A stretch of DNA of 63,417 nt from Muribaculaceae bacterium (GCA_017424575.1 JAFOYQ010000134.1:1-63417), one strand, 5' to 3'; counted from the first letter of the stretch, positions 1 to 11,155 are shown. Notes: generated from the sequence alone by a model not told the origin. A program made the numbers and translations.

Positions 1-36
1 ATCCTTGTGTCCCCGGTTCGATTCCTGGTGGCACCA
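1..36 (+). tRNA. 3' terminal fragment of a tRNA gene (T-arm and 3' acceptor strand). The isotype cannot be determined because the 5' part lies outside the window.
   Basis: A GGTTCGATTCC T-stem/T-loop signature at 15-25 is followed by a 7-nt acceptor strand and discriminator ending at ~36. A strong intrinsic terminator follows immediately. Confidence 0.7.
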
Positions 37-43
37 CAGCAGA

Positions 44-78
44 AAAGAGTTACAGAAATGTAGCTCTTTTTTGTTTTT
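44..78 (+). terminator. Rho-independent terminator after the tRNA
   Basis: 11-bp stem AAAGAGTTACA / TGTAGCTCTTT (one G-U pair) with a GAAA loop, followed by TTTTTTGTTTTT. Confidence 0.8.
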
Positions 79-126
79 ATATATCCCATATTTTGGCAAG
101 GTGGGCAAAAATAGAAAAAGATTTGC

Positions 127-134
127 TAATTTTG
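127..134 (+). promoter_or_regulatory. Bacteroidota-type -7 promoter box (TAATTTTG) for the 223..1551 gene
   Basis: Exact match to TAnnTTTG, about 90 nt upstream of the ATG. Confidence 0.45.
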
Positions 135-222
135 TGAAATTAAAAACGCATTAGCGGTAGCCTTAAAGAGGTTTAGGTTACTCGTTGATGGTCAACTAAA
201 TTTATAGAACTAAAATATATCA

Positions 223-1551
223 ATGCACCATTTTTATTTGAGGCCAGTTATACTAACTCTACTTCTCGGTTTTACATTCACTGTTTCTCTCTTTGGTCAG
301 GAGCAGGAGTCTAAGAAGAAAGCACCTTCTGTTGTTCACCCCTCAATCAACAGAAGCGTGGTGTCGACATGTGGTTCGTTGAGAATCACGCTTACCTCTA
401 AACGTCAAAACTATGGGGGATCGGTGGATACACGTGACGATGCGATATTCTCGCCTAAGTCTGTAAATATTCATCCCAATAATAGTAAGTACTATGTCAA
501 CTCACTCGAAGGTGGTACTACAGTTGTTTTTGAGATGGGTACTAATCGTAGGCTCAAGGTCATAAGCCATCGTCTTGGCTCGGAGCATAACTCGTTGTGG
601 GGTGAAAGTTCGCCACTCTATCGTTTTGAGCATTACCGTAAGAACAACAACTTCATGGGTAAGCCCGTCGAGGCTGTCTTTAGCCATGGTGGTCGCTATC
701 TATGGGTGCCATACTATAGACGAAGTTATGACATCAATGCCCAGGACCCTTCGGCTGTTGCGGTAATCGATACGCAGAGTGATAAGATTGTAAGACTTAT
801 GGAGACTGGCCCGCTGCCAAAGATGATTGCCGTTTCGCACGACAATCGATCTATTGCGGTGTCGCATTGGGGAAATAATACCGTTGGTATAATAAATATT
901 GAGTCGGATAATCCTATGAAGTGGCGCCACTCCAAACTCTATGTTGTGGACTACGTTCTTCCGTTGAACTATAGCCTTACCAATCCCGTCAATCGTGATA
1001 ATGGTAGTGGATATGCCCTGCGAGGTACGCTCTTTACCCCCGACGACCGCTATCTTTTAGTGGGCTGTATGGGTGGCGGTGGCGGTATTGCCGTTATCGA
1101 CATGAAGAAGCAAAAGTATCTTGGTCGTGTGATGGGTATGATGTCTGGTGTAAGACACCTTGTCTTATCCAACGGATACCTCTATTTGAGTATCAATGGT
1201 AGCGGATATGTGCAGCGTATAGGTCTTGATAAGTTTATTGATGCAGCAACACGCATCACGGGAAAGAGTATTAAACTTACGGGTTGGACAAATTGTAAGG
1301 TGGGTGCTGGCGCTCGCACCATTGAGGTGTCGCCTTGTGGTAAATATATCTTTGCGGCGTGCAATATTGCAAGTATGCTATATGTTGTGGATGCAGAGCA
1401 GATGAAGGTTATTGCAACCACCCAGGTAGACTCCTTCCCCGTTGGTCTTGATGTCTCAAGCAATGGTAAGACGCTTATAACTACGTCGCAAGGTCGTTCT
1501 GGTTATGGTGGAAATGCAGTTGATATATTCAGTATCGAGTATTTGAGGTAG
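223..1551 (+). CDS. Secreted YVTN/YncE-like beta-propeller repeat protein
   Basis: N-terminal signal peptide (LLLGFTFTVSLFGQ). Repeated ~40-aa units of the type S.dg..l.v.....g.v.viD (e.g. VSPCGKYIFAACNIASMLYVVDAEQMKVIATTQV, GLDVSSNGKTLITTSQG). Confidence 0.6.
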   Translation: MHHFYLRPVILTLLLGFTFTVSLFGQEQESKKKAPSVVHPSINRSVVSTCGSLRITLTSKRQNYGGSVDTRDDAIFSPKSVNIHPNNSKYYVNSLEGGTTVVFEMGTNRRLKVISHRLGSEHNSLWGESSPLYRFEHYRKNNNFMGKPVEAVFSHGGRYLWVPYYRRSYDINAQDPSAVAVIDTQSDKIVRLMETGPLPKMIAVSHDNRSIAVSHWGNNTVGIINIESDNPMKWRHSKLYVVDYVLPLNYSLTNPVNRDNGSGYALRGTLFTPDDRYLLVGCMGGGGGIAVIDMKKQKYLGRVMGMMSGVRHLVLSNGYLYLSINGSGYVQRIGLDKFIDAATRITGKSIKLTGWTNCKVGAGARTIEVSPCGKYIFAACNIASMLYVVDAEQMKVIATTQVDSFPVGLDVSSNGKTLITTSQGRSGYGGNAVDIFSIEYLR

Positions 1552-1682
1552 ATGGTATATTTAATAAGGGTTATCTGTTATACATAAACGCAATTAGATG
1601 ATGTTATTCGCTATCTAAAGTAATGAATAAAAGAGAAAGAACGTATAATCAAGGCTCAAAAGAAGAAAAATCCTAATAACAA

Positions 1683-1721
1683 ATAGGCAAAAAAGAAATC
1701 TCTTTTTTGCCTATATTTTTT
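1683..1721. terminator. Bidirectional intrinsic terminator between convergent genes
   Basis: Perfect 14-bp stem ATAGGCAAAAAAGA / TCTTTTTTGCCTAT with a 4-nt loop. T-run on the + side and A-run on the 5' side. Confidence 0.8.
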
Positions 1722-1739
1722 GGGGATATAATCTAATAT

Positions 1740-4358
1740 TCAATCTTTGCCGGTGATGATTTTGCGTATGTCGTGGAGTTTGTTGAGGGCGGCCATTGGT
1801 GTGAGGTTGTTGATGTCGAGGTCGCGGATTTCGTCGCGCACTTGACTCAACACGGGGTCGTCGAGTTGGAAGAATGATAATTGCATACCACCAGTTTGCT
1901 CGGCAACGGCTCCAAGGTCTTTAGCAATGTCGTCGCGACGATTATTTGTTTCGAGTTGATGCAACACCTCGTCGGCACGTTTAACGATAGCAGGGGGCAT
2001 TCCTGCGAGTTTGGCTACATGGATACCAAAACTATGTTCCGATCCTCCGCGTGCTAATTTGCGCAAGAAAACTACCTTATTGTTGATTTCTTTGACCGAC
2101 ACGTTGTAGTTGACCACGCGCGAGAATGTTTTTTCCATTTCGTTGAGTTCGTGGTAGTGTGTGGCAAAGAGTGTTTTGGGGTGTATGCCACGATATTCGT
2201 GGATATGCTCTACGATAGCCCATGCGATAGATATACCATCGTAGGTTGAGGTGCCTCGGCCTAATTCGTCGAAGAGGATAAGGCTTCGTTCGCTCATGTT
2301 GTTGAGAATTGATGCCGCTTCGTTCATTTCGACCATAAAAGTTGATTCGCCGAGAGAGATGTTGTCGCTTGCTCCTACGCGTGTGAAAATCTTGTCAACA
2401 ATACCTATGCGCGCGCTGTCGGCAGCCACAAAACATCCTATTTGCGCCATCAACACATTGAGGGCTGTTTGGCGTAGGAGTGCCGACTTACCCGACATGT
2501 TAGGTCCGGTAATCATCATCACTTGTGTGCCGTTGTTACTGAGAGATACGCTGTTGGTAATATATGGCTCGCCTATGGGTAGTTCTTTTTCGATTACGGG
2601 GTGACGGCCTTCAACGATTTCGATAGATAGAGAGTCGTCAACTACAGGGCGATTGTAGTGGTTTTCCATTGCTACGCGAGTGAATGCTGTGAGACAGTCG
2701 AGGCGTGCAATGAGTGAGGCGTCGAGTTGGATGGCAGGGGTATATTGTGCTAATGCAGCCACCAATTCGTTGTATATACGAGTTTCGATAATGAGAATGC
2801 GTTCTTGTGCGCCAAGAATTTTATCCTCATATTCTTTGAGTTCTTGGGTGATATATCGCTCAGCATTAACGAGGGTTTGCTTGCGAATCCATTCCTCGGG
2901 CACTTTATCTTTGTGTGTGTTTGTCACCTCAATATAGTAGCCAAACACGTTGTTATAAGCAATTTTAAGACTTGGGATACCTGTTGCTTCGCTCTCGCGC
3001 ATCTGTATCTTCATGAGGTAGTCTTTGCCTTGGAATGCGATTTCGCGCAATTCGTCAAGTTCGGCATCTACTCCATCTTTAATTACTGTGCCACGATTGA
3101 GTGCCGATGGGGCATCGTCGACGATTTCGCGTGCTATGCGGTCGCGAATAAGGGCGCAAGGGTTGAGTTGCTCGCCGATAGCACGGAGTGCTTCGTGGTC
3201 GGCATTACAACATAGTTGTTTTATCGGTTCAATTGCAGTGAGAGCATTGCGCAACTGAACAACCTCGCGAGGGGTGATGCGTCCTACGGCAACTTTTGAG
3301 ATAAGGCGTTCAAGGTCGCCGATTTGTTCAAGTGCAGTTTTGATATCCTCACGGTCTTGGGGATTGCGGAAGAAATATTCTACCACATCAAGGCGTGCGT
3401 TAATCGCTTTGACATCTTTCAATGGGAATAACACCCAGCGACGCAATAAACGCGCGCCCATAGGGCTTATAGTGCGGTCTATTACGCTCAATAGGCTCTT
3501 GCCATCGTCGGCAAAACTATCAACGAGTTCGAGGTTACGCACCGTGAATTTATCAAGACGCACATAGCGGTCCTCTTCAATGCGTGAGAGGTTGTTGATG
3601 TGTGAGATTTGGTTGTGTTGAGTGATGTCGAGATAGTGGAGAATTGCTCCCGATGCAATGACGGCTGCGGGCATTTTGTTGATGCCAAAACCTTTGAGAC
3701 TTGTGGTCTCGAATTGTTTGAGGAGGCGGTCCATAGCAGCCTCGTCGGTGAAAATCCAGTCGTCGAGTTCGAAGGTGAAATATCGTGCCGAGAAACTATC
3801 TTCAATGAGGTTGCGATTTCCACGTTCAACGAGCACCTCTTTGGGAGCGAAGTTGCCGAGGAGTTTGTCGATATAGTCGGCTGAGCCTTCGGCGGTGAGA
3901 AATTCGCCAGTGCTTATATCGAGGAATGCCACACCTACTACGCCATGACGAGCAAAGTGCACGGCTGCGAGGAAGTTATTTTCGCGATGGTCGAGAATGT
4001 TGTCGTTGATTGATACCCCAGGAGTTACGAGCTCGGTAATGCCACGCTTTACGAGTTTTTTGGTGAGTTTAGGGTCTTCGAGTTGCTCGCAGATGGCAAC
4101 GCGTTTGCCTGCACGCACAAGTTTAGGTAGATAAGTGTCGAGAGCGTGGTGTGGGAATCCTGCTAATTCTACATGTTGGGCTGAGCCATTGGCGCGACGG
4201 GTGAGCGTGATGCCAAGGATTTCAGAAGCGGCAATAGCATCGTCGGAAAATGTTTCGTAGAAGTCACCCACGCGAAAAAGTAATATTGCATCGGGATGTT
4301 TTTGTTTCATCTCGAGATATTGTTTCATCAAAGGGGTTTCTGCGATTTTCTTTGCCAC
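1740..4358 (-). CDS. mutS: DNA mismatch repair protein MutS
   Basis: 872 aa. N-terminal [30 protein letters not shown] mismatch-binding motif and Walker A GPNMSGKS. Confidence 0.97.
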   Translation of the reverse strand: MAKKIAETPLMKQYLEMKQKHPDAILLFRVGDFYETFSDDAIAASEILGITLTRRANGSAQHVELAGFPHHALDTYLPKLVRAGKRVAICEQLEDPKLTKKLVKRGITELVTPGVSINDNILDHRENNFLAAVHFARHGVVGVAFLDISTGEFLTAEGSADYIDKLLGNFAPKEVLVERGNRNLIEDSFSARYFTFELDDWIFTDEAAMDRLLKQFETTSLKGFGINKMPAAVIASGAILHYLDITQHNQISHINNLSRIEEDRYVRLDKFTVRNLELVDSFADDGKSLLSVIDRTISPMGARLLRRWVLFPLKDVKAINARLDVVEYFFRNPQDREDIKTALEQIGDLERLISKVAVGRITPREVVQLRNALTAIEPIKQLCCNADHEALRAIGEQLNPCALIRDRIAREIVDDAPSALNRGTVIKDGVDAELDELREIAFQGKDYLMKIQMRESEATGIPSLKIAYNNVFGYYIEVTNTHKDKVPEEWIRKQTLVNAERYITQELKEYEDKILGAQERILIIETRIYNELVAALAQYTPAIQLDASLIARLDCLTAFTRVAMENHYNRPVVDDSLSIEIVEGRHPVIEKELPIGEPYITNSVSLSNNGTQVMMITGPNMSGKSALLRQTALNVLMAQIGCFVAADSARIGIVDKIFTRVGASDNISLGESTFMVEMNEAASILNNMSERSLILFDELGRGTSTYDGISIAWAIVEHIHEYRGIHPKTLFATHYHELNEMEKTFSRVVNYNVSVKEINNKVVFLRKLARGGSEHSFGIHVAKLAGMPPAIVKRADEVLHQLETNNRRDDIAKDLGAVAEQTGGMQLSFFQLDDPVLSQVRDEIRDLDINNLTPMAALNKLHDIRKIITGKD

Positions 4359-4495
4359 AACTATAGAGTTTTTAGGGGTTAGTAATAGGTTGTAAAATTA
4401 CAAAAACTACATTTCACCCCCAAATTTTGAGATTGAAAAATGATAGCTTTTAATATAATGCAGAGTGTGCCTCCAAAATATAGGTATATAATAAC

Positions 4496-5050
4496 CTATT
4501 TCATTAAGGCATTCCTTATCGCAGGACAAGGGTATGCATCGGTGCAATACCACAGGTCGTCAATGCGTTGAAATAGCAATATGATACTAATCTTTTTCCC
4601 CTTGCGATTGTTGAACGAAGATGAATATACGATATAGTCGAGGTCGATATAGTACCAGAATCCGTAGTTATACATAGTATAGTCATATTCGGCATCATAC
4701 CCCGTTTTTTTAGCATATCCACGAATTGGGAATCCACCTTTTTCATCAAAAATTTTCAATGTTGATGCAAGCATTTCTTCAGTAGGAACGACAGTGCTAT
4801 ATTCTGTGGTCATGTAGCGACTGTTGCGGAATTTTTTGTTTTTGTTGAACTTGGTTAAGAACTCATTAAACGGCTCTTCGCCGGAGTTACAAGGGAGTGT
4901 GTCGTTTAGCTTGAGAGCACACACCTTATCATTTTCAATATAATATGATGGCACATTATACCATCGAAGGCTGTTCTTTTCCCACTGTTGAGCCGATAAT
5001 GAGAGACTTGCAATAATGATTGCGATGCTAATGAGTAATATTCGTTTCAT
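4496..5050 (-). CDS. Hypothetical secreted protein
   Basis: 184 aa with a signal peptide (MKRILLISIAIIIASLSLSAQQ). No family recognised. Confidence 0.6.
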   Translation of the reverse strand: MKRILLISIAIIIASLSLSAQQWEKNSLRWYNVPSYYIENDKVCALKLNDTLPCNSGEEPFNEFLTKFNKNKKFRNSRYMTTEYSTVVPTEEMLASTLKIFDEKGGFPIRGYAKKTGYDAEYDYTMYNYGFWYYIDLDYIVYSSSFNNRKGKKISIILLFQRIDDLWYCTDAYPCPAIRNALMK

Positions 5051-5098
5051 GCTGTGAAATTGTTTTATCCTTTACAAATTTATTATAAAAACTTCTTC

Positions 5099-5166
5099 TA
5101 ATCCAAAAAAAACATAGTGAAATTTTGGATTACAATCCAAAAATATACATATAAATTTTGGATTAG
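5099..5166. repeat. Two tandem palindromes, AATCCAAAA-N12/13-TTTTGGATT, upstream of the 4496..5050 gene
   Basis: TAATCCAAAAAAAACATAGTGAAATTTTGGATTA (5099-5132) is followed directly by CAATCCAAAAATATACATATAAATTTTGGATTAG (5133-5166). Confidence 0.6.
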
Positions 5167-5191
5167 GGCTTTTAGGTGGTGTGTAGAGATT

Positions 5192-5229
5192 AAATAAAAA
5201 AAGCCACAGCCCGTGTTGGGCTATGGCTT
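5192..5229 (-). terminator. Intrinsic terminator downstream of pckA
   Basis: Stem GCCACAGCCC / GGGCTATGGC (one mismatch) with a 5-nt loop. An A-run on the + strand (5196-5202) gives the U-tract on the - strand. Confidence 0.7.
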
Positions 5230-5256
5230 TTGCTATAATTGAGTTATTATGCTCGA

Positions 5257-6861
5257 TTAGAGTTGAGGACCTGCAGCAACGAGTGCTTTACCAGCTTCAT
5301 TACCTTCGAATTTAGCGAAGTTTTTGATGAAGCGTTGAGCGAGGTCTTGAGCTTTAACGTTCCAATCTTCAACGTTAGCGTAAGTGTCGCGTGGGTCGAG
5401 GATGTTAGGATCTACGCCTGGAAGTTCGGTTGGAACTTCGAAGTCAAACATAGGGATCTTTTTAGTAGGAGCGTTGTTGATAGAGCCATCGAGAATAGCA
5501 TCGATGATACCGCGAGTATCTTTGATAGAGATACGTTTGCCAGTACCGTTCCAACCAGTGTTAACCAAGTATGCTTTAGCACCGTTAGCTTCCATTTTCT
5601 TCACGAGTTCTTCACCGTATTTAGTTGGGTGGAGTGAAAGGAATGCAGCACCGAAACATGCAGAGAATGTTGGAGTTGGTTCAGTGATACCGCGTTCAGT
5701 ACCTGCCAATTTAGCAGTGAAACCAGAAAGGAAGTAATATTTAGCTTGTTCTGGAGTCAAGATAGATACTGGAGGAAGTACACCGAATGCGTCAGCTGAA
5801 AGGAAGATAACTTGTTTAGCAGCTGGACCTTTAGAAATTGGTTTAACGATGTTTTCGATGTGGTCGATAGGATAGCTAACGCGAGTATTTTCAGTTACGC
5901 TCTTATCGTTGAAGTCGATTTTGCCTTCAGCGTCAACAGTAACGTTTTCGAGGAGTGCGTTACGACGGATAGCGTTGTAAATATCTGGTTCGCTTTCTTT
6001 GTCGAGGTTGATAACTTTTGCGTAGCAACCACCTTCGTAGTTGAATACACCTTCGTCGTCCCAACCGTGTTCGTCGTCACCGATGAGTTTACGTTTTGGG
6101 TCGGTAGAAAGAGTAGTTTTACCAGTACCTGAAAGACCGAAGAAGATAGCAGTGCTCTTTTCTTCCATGTCAGTGTTAGCTGAACAGTGCATTGAAGCGA
6201 TACCTTCAAGTGGTTTGAAGTAGTTCATCATTGAGAAGAGACCTTTCTTCATTTCACCACCATACCAAGTGTTGATGATAACTTGTTCTTTAGTAGTGAG
6301 GTTGAATACTACTGCAGTTTCAGAGTTAAGACCGAGTTCTTTGAAGTTTTCAACTTTAGCTTTAGAAGCGTTGTAAACTACGAAGTCAGGTTCGAAATCT
6401 TTAAGTTGTTCTTCAGTTGGACGGATGAACATGTTTTTAACGAAGTGAGCTTGCCAAGCAACTTCAACGATGAAGCGCACTTTCAAGCAAGTAGCCATGT
6501 TAGCACCGCAGAAACCGTCAACTACATAAAGTTTTTTGTTAGAAAGAGTTTTAACAGCGAGGTCTTTAAGAGTGTTCCAAGTTTCTGTAGTTACAGGCTT
6601 GTTGTCGTTTTTATATTCTTCTGAAGTCCACCATACAGTGTTTTCGCTTGTTGCGTCTTTTACGATATATTTATCTTTAGGAGAACGACCAGTGTAGATA
6701 CCAGTCATTACGTTTACTGTGTCAAGTTCAGTAGCTTGACCTTTTTCATAACCTTCAAGGCAAGAGCAAGTTTCATCTTTGTAGAGTTGCTCGTAAGAAG
6801 GATTGTACACAACTTCAGTAGTTCCTGAAATGCCGTACTTGCTTAAATCGATTTTGCTCAT
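5257..6861 (-). CDS. pckA: Phosphoenolpyruvate carboxykinase (ATP)
   Basis: 534 aa. Kinase-1a motif [13 protein letters not shown] and full-length resemblance to ATP-dependent PckA. Confidence 0.97.
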   Translation of the reverse strand: MSKIDLSKYGISGTTEVVYNPSYEQLYKDETCSCLEGYEKGQATELDTVNVMTGIYTGRSPKDKYIVKDATSENTVWWTSEEYKNDNKPVTTETWNTLKDLAVKTLSNKKLYVVDGFCGANMATCLKVRFIVEVAWQAHFVKNMFIRPTEEQLKDFEPDFVVYNASKAKVENFKELGLNSETAVVFNLTTKEQVIINTWYGGEMKKGLFSMMNYFKPLEGIASMHCSANTDMEEKSTAIFFGLSGTGKTTLSTDPKRKLIGDDEHGWDDEGVFNYEGGCYAKVINLDKESEPDIYNAIRRNALLENVTVDAEGKIDFNDKSVTENTRVSYPIDHIENIVKPISKGPAAKQVIFLSADAFGVLPPVSILTPEQAKYYFLSGFTAKLAGTERGITEPTPTFSACFGAAFLSLHPTKYGEELVKKMEANGAKAYLVNTGWNGTGKRISIKDTRGIIDAILDGSINNAPTKKIPMFDFEVPTELPGVDPNILDPRDTYANVEDWNVKAQDLAQRFIKNFAKFEGNEAGKALVAAGPQL

Positions 6862-6936
6862 TTCTGTAAGACTTTAATATATAATTAGTTAATAAAATTT
6901 CCTAATCGGCGCAAATTTCACCTATAATTCCAAGTA

Positions 6937-6944
6937 CAAAGTTA
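6937..6944 (-). promoter_or_regulatory. -7 promoter box (TAACTTTG on the - strand) for pckA
   Basis: Exact TAnnTTTG, about 75 nt upstream of the pckA ATG. Confidence 0.45.
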
Positions 6945-7007
6945 GTTACTTTTTTTGGGATATACACACTCTAATAAGGAAATTTTTCCGTATTTATCTT
7001 TTTTAAC

Positions 7008-7046
7008 AATAAAAGGAATTGAAATAGTTGTTGAATTCACTATTTC
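7008..7046 (-). terminator. Possible terminator after the MBL-fold gene
   Basis: 8-bp stem GAAATAGT / ACTATTTC. On the - strand it is followed by AATTCCTTTTATTG, so the U-tract is displaced. Confidence 0.35.
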
Positions 7047-7107
7047 AGTAATTATTGTATGTGAAAATGTTACACCTAAGATTGTTATAATACCCCTCTT
7101 GTTAGAG

Positions 7108-8133
7108 TTATGATTTTGCCCTTAATATATATAGTATAGAAGAATCGAGGCGGGGGAGTGGGGTGATTTGAATGTCGGCGTCGTTAGAGGTTGCGCTCTC
7201 GGTGGCATCGCCAATTTTCAATCCTCGCTCAAAGAGTGGTTTTGTAACGGTAGCAAGTGCTATGTTGGGTGTGTTGTTGTCGTTGCTGAGGTGGCAAAGG
7301 AACACATGTGTGAGTTTTGGGGTGTAAATCTCAGCGATGTAACGTGCTGTTACTTCGTTGTCGAGGTGTCCTTTGTCGGCAAGGATACGAGCTTTGAGAT
7401 ATTCGGGGTATTTGCCTGTGAGTAGCATCTCTTTGTCGTAGTTGCTCTCAATCATAATGTATTGTGCTTGACGCATGTAGTGGTCAACGCGTGGGGTGAT
7501 GCATCCCAAGTCGGTGGCTATGGCAAATCGGTGGCTGCCATTTTCGATGAAGAATCCCATGTTGTCGGTGCCATCGTGCGACACATCAAATGCTGTGATT
7601 TTGAAGTTGTCAATAGTGAAGGGCATCTCTTTATATATGGGACGATGATAGTCTTTGAAACGGCGTGAAATGTTGTGGCGGCGCATAATGCCGTTGAGTG
7701 TGCGCAATGTGCAATATATGCCTATGTGGCGGTAGCGGCGTACGATAGAGTATGCAAAACGAATATGGTCGCCATGGTCGTGTGTGATGCATATTGCTTT
7801 TACCATATCCATTGAGATGCCATTTTTTGCCAATTCGCTTACTACTCGGTTGTTGTCAACACCTCCGTCGATAAGTATTCCTCCATTGTCATCGCCTATG
7901 TAGGCGCAGTTTCCGCTACTCCCGCTGCCGAATGATATAAACTTGAGACGTGGGCTCAATGCAGCAGGTTTCATGGGTTGAATTTCGCTTGATGGCTCTT
8001 TTTTGCGAGTGCGTTGAGGGGTAGGGTTGTCGGATGTGAAATCGACAGACGCACCCATGTCGGGGTGTGTTGTGAAGTCATCAAACAATCCAGGGAGATC
8101 TTGTAGAGGGGTATTTTTTCGATTACGAGCCAT
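7108..8133 (-). CDS. MBL-fold metallo-hydrolase
   Basis: 341 aa with the HxHxDH motif ITHDHGDHIRF. The N-terminal ~60 aa are low-complexity. Confidence 0.85.
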   Translation of the reverse strand: MARNRKNTPLQDLPGLFDDFTTHPDMGASVDFTSDNPTPQRTRKKEPSSEIQPMKPAALSPRLKFISFGSGSSGNCAYIGDDNGGILIDGGVDNNRVVSELAKNGISMDMVKAICITHDHGDHIRFAYSIVRRYRHIGIYCTLRTLNGIMRRHNISRRFKDYHRPIYKEMPFTIDNFKITAFDVSHDGTDNMGFFIENGSHRFAIATDLGCITPRVDHYMRQAQYIMIESNYDKEMLLTGKYPEYLKARILADKGHLDNEVTARYIAEIYTPKLTHVFLCHLSNDNNTPNIALATVTKPLFERGLKIGDATESATSNDADIQITPLPRLDSSILYILRAKS

Positions 8134-8144
8134 CGGGTGAGAAA

Positions 8145-8855
8145 TTAACTAAATAAGAGGAATATGGTGGGGACTTTATTATAATTATATGTGGCTTTGC
8201 TCCAATCCGATAGTCGTCGAGTGATGATTGACTGATTGGGGCAAGTGATATCGCTTGCTACGCATAGCAACATATCGCCAGGTAGAGAGTGAGAGAGTTC
8301 GTCGATGAGTTTGTTGTTGCGATATGGGGTTTCGATGAATATTTGAGTTTGACGTTCACGGCGTATGCGTCGCTCCATCTCTTTCAGTTTGGCGTTGCGA
8401 GCACTTTGGTCGATGGGAAGATAGCCATTGAATGCAAAACTTTGTCCGTTAAAGCCCGAAGCCATCAATGATAGGAGAATGCTTGATGGACCTATGAGGG
8501 GTTCTACTTTATATCCTCGTTGTTGGGCAATAGCAACAACATCGGCACCTGGGTCGGCAATAGTTGGGCAACCAGCTTCGGATATAATCCCCATGCTATG
8601 TCCCTGTTTCATTGGTTCAAGCATTGAGGGTATCGTGCCGAGGTCGGTATGCTCATTGAGTGTAAAGAATGTCAATTGGTCAATATCTATTGAGCGGTCG
8701 CAAGCTTTCAAGAAGCGACGAGCCGAACGAATATTCTCCACAATAAAGTATTTTATTGTAGGGATAATTGCGATGTTGTGTTGAGGCAATACGTTTTGCA
8801 ACGGAGTATCACCAAGCGACACGGGGAATAGATATAATGTGGGGTTGTTTGACAT
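8145..8855 (-). CDS. SAM-dependent methyltransferase, tetrapyrrole-methylase (RsmI-like) fold
   Basis: 236 aa with the GIISEAGCPTIADPG motif typical of the RsmI/TP_methylase family. Confidence 0.8.
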   Translation of the reverse strand: MSNNPTLYLFPVSLGDTPLQNVLPQHNIAIIPTIKYFIVENIRSARRFLKACDRSIDIDQLTFFTLNEHTDLGTIPSMLEPMKQGHSMGIISEAGCPTIADPGADVVAIAQQRGYKVEPLIGPSSILLSLMASGFNGQSFAFNGYLPIDQSARNAKLKEMERRIRRERQTQIFIETPYRNNKLIDELSHSLPGDMLLCVASDITCPNQSIITRRLSDWSKATYNYNKVPTIFLLFS

Positions 8856-8916
8856 TATTTATTTGATAATGAGATTGTTTTATGGGTTTTGCTTTGAGGG
8901 AAGCTTATTTCTTAGA

Positions 8917-8959
8917 ATACAAAAGGAGCGAGAGTCGTTTTTATGTGACGCTCGCTCCT
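8917..8959 (-). terminator. Intrinsic terminator downstream of the PpiD-like gene
   Basis: 9-bp stem AGGAGCGAG / CTCGCTCCT. The - strand continues with TTTTGTATTC. Confidence 0.65.
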
Positions 8960-8999
8960 TCGTAATATGATTATCGGTTGAAATATTTCTCTCTACCGA

Positions 9000-11036
9000 T
9001 TAGTTTTCGTAGAAGTCAAGCAATTTTGATTCAAGTTTGTTGCTACCCTTCATGATACCAAAGAGGTTGTTGTAAAGAGCATTACCACCCATCATTTGGT
9101 TGAAGTGATCTTTGTATTCTTTGAAGTTGTAAGGACGACCGATGTTGTCGATATCATCGATTTGAGCAACTACAACAGCGTTGTTAGTCTTCATAGGGCC
9201 GATGAGTTGACCTTTTTCAGCACCAGTAACAGCACCGATGAAGGCGTTTTCGTAACTTCCGAGAGTGTTAACTGAGATATTGCTGAGGGCTACGCGAGCG
9301 TTTGTGATAGTGTCGCCAGTGAGAGCCATATAACCTACGAGGTCTTTAGCGCCTTTGCTATTGAAATCAGCGATGATAGCTTCAGCCTTTTTGTTGTCGC
9401 GAATTTCAGCGATAAGACCTTGCTTCAACTCTTCATTTTCAGTAGTGATATAGTCGGTGTAGATGCCTGTAACAGCTACAACCAACAAGCGGTTGTTGTC
9501 GCGATTTGAGAATGGAGTTGAGATTTCACCCTTTTTAGCATTCATCGCCCACTTGATAGCAGCGCGAGATTCGGGCATATAATTAATGTGGCTTGAAGTT
9601 GCATCGATGTTTGCGTTGTTGAGAGCATAACCTGCAGTAGGAGCAGTAGCGAAGTCTTCAAGTGTAGTGTTATTTGCTAAGAATTCGTCAAGTTTGCCTG
9701 TGAGGTCGTTGATAGTTTTTTCTGATGGTTCCACTACATAAGTAATTTCAGCAACTTCGCTGATTTTTACAGCAGGAGTTTTTTCGTTTACTACGTAGAG
9801 TGCATAGATTTGTTGACCATTAGCAACTGTGTCGATAGCGATTTTTTGACCAACTGAAGCGTTGAGAATTTTAGCTTTCAAATCTTTGTCGGTGTTAGGT
9901 TCTGAAAGACGAATCCATACACTGTCGGCACCTTGAGTTTTGCCACCATTTTCAGCGATGAATGTTTTCACTGCAGCACCATTGTTTACAGCGTTCATAA
10001 CAGAGTCAAATGTAAGAGAGTCTGACATTTGAATAACTGAAACGTTTACTGAGTCCATTTCATTTTTAGCGCTGAGCAATTTAGCGATGGTGTAAGTTTT
10101 GTCGAGTTTAGAAACTACAACTGCTTGACCTACCTTAGCTGTGTCAACAAAGTTTTTGAGTTGAAGGTCTTTGATTTGGCTTGGAGCGTAAACTTTAGTT
10201 TTGATGTTAAAGTTTACATCTGAAGCGATAGCTTCAACACCAGGTTTTTCGTTAAGACCAGCAATAGCAGTGTTAACAGCGTTTTCAGCAGCCATATTGT
10301 CTTCAACTGAAGGGTTGAGCAATACTGTGAAATATTTGATAGTGCGCATTTCGTTTTCGAGCGCATATTTTTCTTTGTTTTTGTTCCACTCAGCTTTGAT
10401 TTCAGCGTCGCTTACTTGGAATTCGTCATCGGGAAGTGAAGCGAGCTCTTTGCTTGTGAAAGAAACGTGGTAGTTTTTGTTAATAGCATCGTAGGCTTGT
10501 TTTGCGTCAAGTTCGTTAGCAGTGAAAAGGCCGTTGAACAAGTAGCCATAGATGAATTGTTTGATTTGGTTTTCGCTTTCAGTTTCGAGGTTTGCAAGTT
10601 GACCTTTGAGTTGCTCAGCATACTCAGCAGGGATGTTATACTTACCTGGATTCTTGATAGCATCGATGATTTGAGCTGTTTGTGGATTTTTTGTGATGAT
10701 GTCACCGAGTTCTTTGTTGGTAACAACGATACCTACTTTTTCCAATTCAGCGTTCATCATTTTTTCGAAGAGCATTTCTTGGAGCACTTGAGTTTGAACC
10801 ATGTCAAAGTCAGCTTCTTTACCTTGCTCTTGAAGTTGTTGGTTTACGAGGTTAAGACGTTGTTGATAGAGTTGAACGTCAATTTCATGTTCACCAATTT
10901 CAGCAACGGTTGTACCGCCACCAAATAAACTGCGACCTGAGTTAAAGAAGTCGCCAAGAATGAATGCAAGCAATGCTACGATAATCACTGTGAAGAGTAG
11001 CACAGATTTGCTTCTAATTTTTTCTAAAGTTGCCAT
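9000..11036 (-). CDS. ppiD: Periplasmic chaperone / peptidyl-prolyl isomerase, PpiD-like (SurA N-terminal domain protein)
   Basis: 678 aa. N-terminal membrane anchor (KSVLLFTVIIVALLAFILGDFFN). Length and architecture are typical of Bacteroidota PpiD-like proteins. Confidence 0.75.
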   Translation of the reverse strand: MATLEKIRSKSVLLFTVIIVALLAFILGDFFNSGRSLFGGGTTVAEIGEHEIDVQLYQQRLNLVNQQLQEQGKEADFDMVQTQVLQEMLFEKMMNAELEKVGIVVTNKELGDIITKNPQTAQIIDAIKNPGKYNIPAEYAEQLKGQLANLETESENQIKQFIYGYLFNGLFTANELDAKQAYDAINKNYHVSFTSKELASLPDDEFQVSDAEIKAEWNKNKEKYALENEMRTIKYFTVLLNPSVEDNMAAENAVNTAIAGLNEKPGVEAIASDVNFNIKTKVYAPSQIKDLQLKNFVDTAKVGQAVVVSKLDKTYTIAKLLSAKNEMDSVNVSVIQMSDSLTFDSVMNAVNNGAAVKTFIAENGGKTQGADSVWIRLSEPNTDKDLKAKILNASVGQKIAIDTVANGQQIYALYVVNEKTPAVKISEVAEITYVVEPSEKTINDLTGKLDEFLANNTTLEDFATAPTAGYALNNANIDATSSHINYMPESRAAIKWAMNAKKGEISTPFSNRDNNRLLVVAVTGIYTDYITTENEELKQGLIAEIRDNKKAEAIIADFNSKGAKDLVGYMALTGDTITNARVALSNISVNTLGSYENAFIGAVTGAEKGQLIGPMKTNNAVVVAQIDDIDNIGRPYNFKEYKDHFNQMMGGNALYNNLFGIMKGSNKLESKLLDFYEN

Positions 11037-11109
11037 TATTTTAAGTGTTTTATTAATTTTAATTTGTTGAATTACTTAGCCATTTTATAGCAAAATGGTT
11101 AATAACGCA

Positions 11110-11117
11110 CAAAGATA
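11110..11117 (-). promoter_or_regulatory. -7 promoter box (TATCTTTG on the - strand) for the PpiD-like gene
   Basis: Exact TAnnTTTG, about 75 nt upstream of the ATG at 11036. Confidence 0.4.
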
Positions 11118-11155
11118 CACTTTTTTTTTTATTTCCTACTCGTTTTCGATAAAAA

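Noticed and set aside
101-114. A shared TGGGCAAAAA(A)TAG motif upstream of the promoter boxes at 127 and at 63321 (second copy at 63271-63285).
   Set aside because: The spacing to the -7 box differs (13 nt versus 36 nt) and the motif is short and A-rich. It is most likely coincidence.
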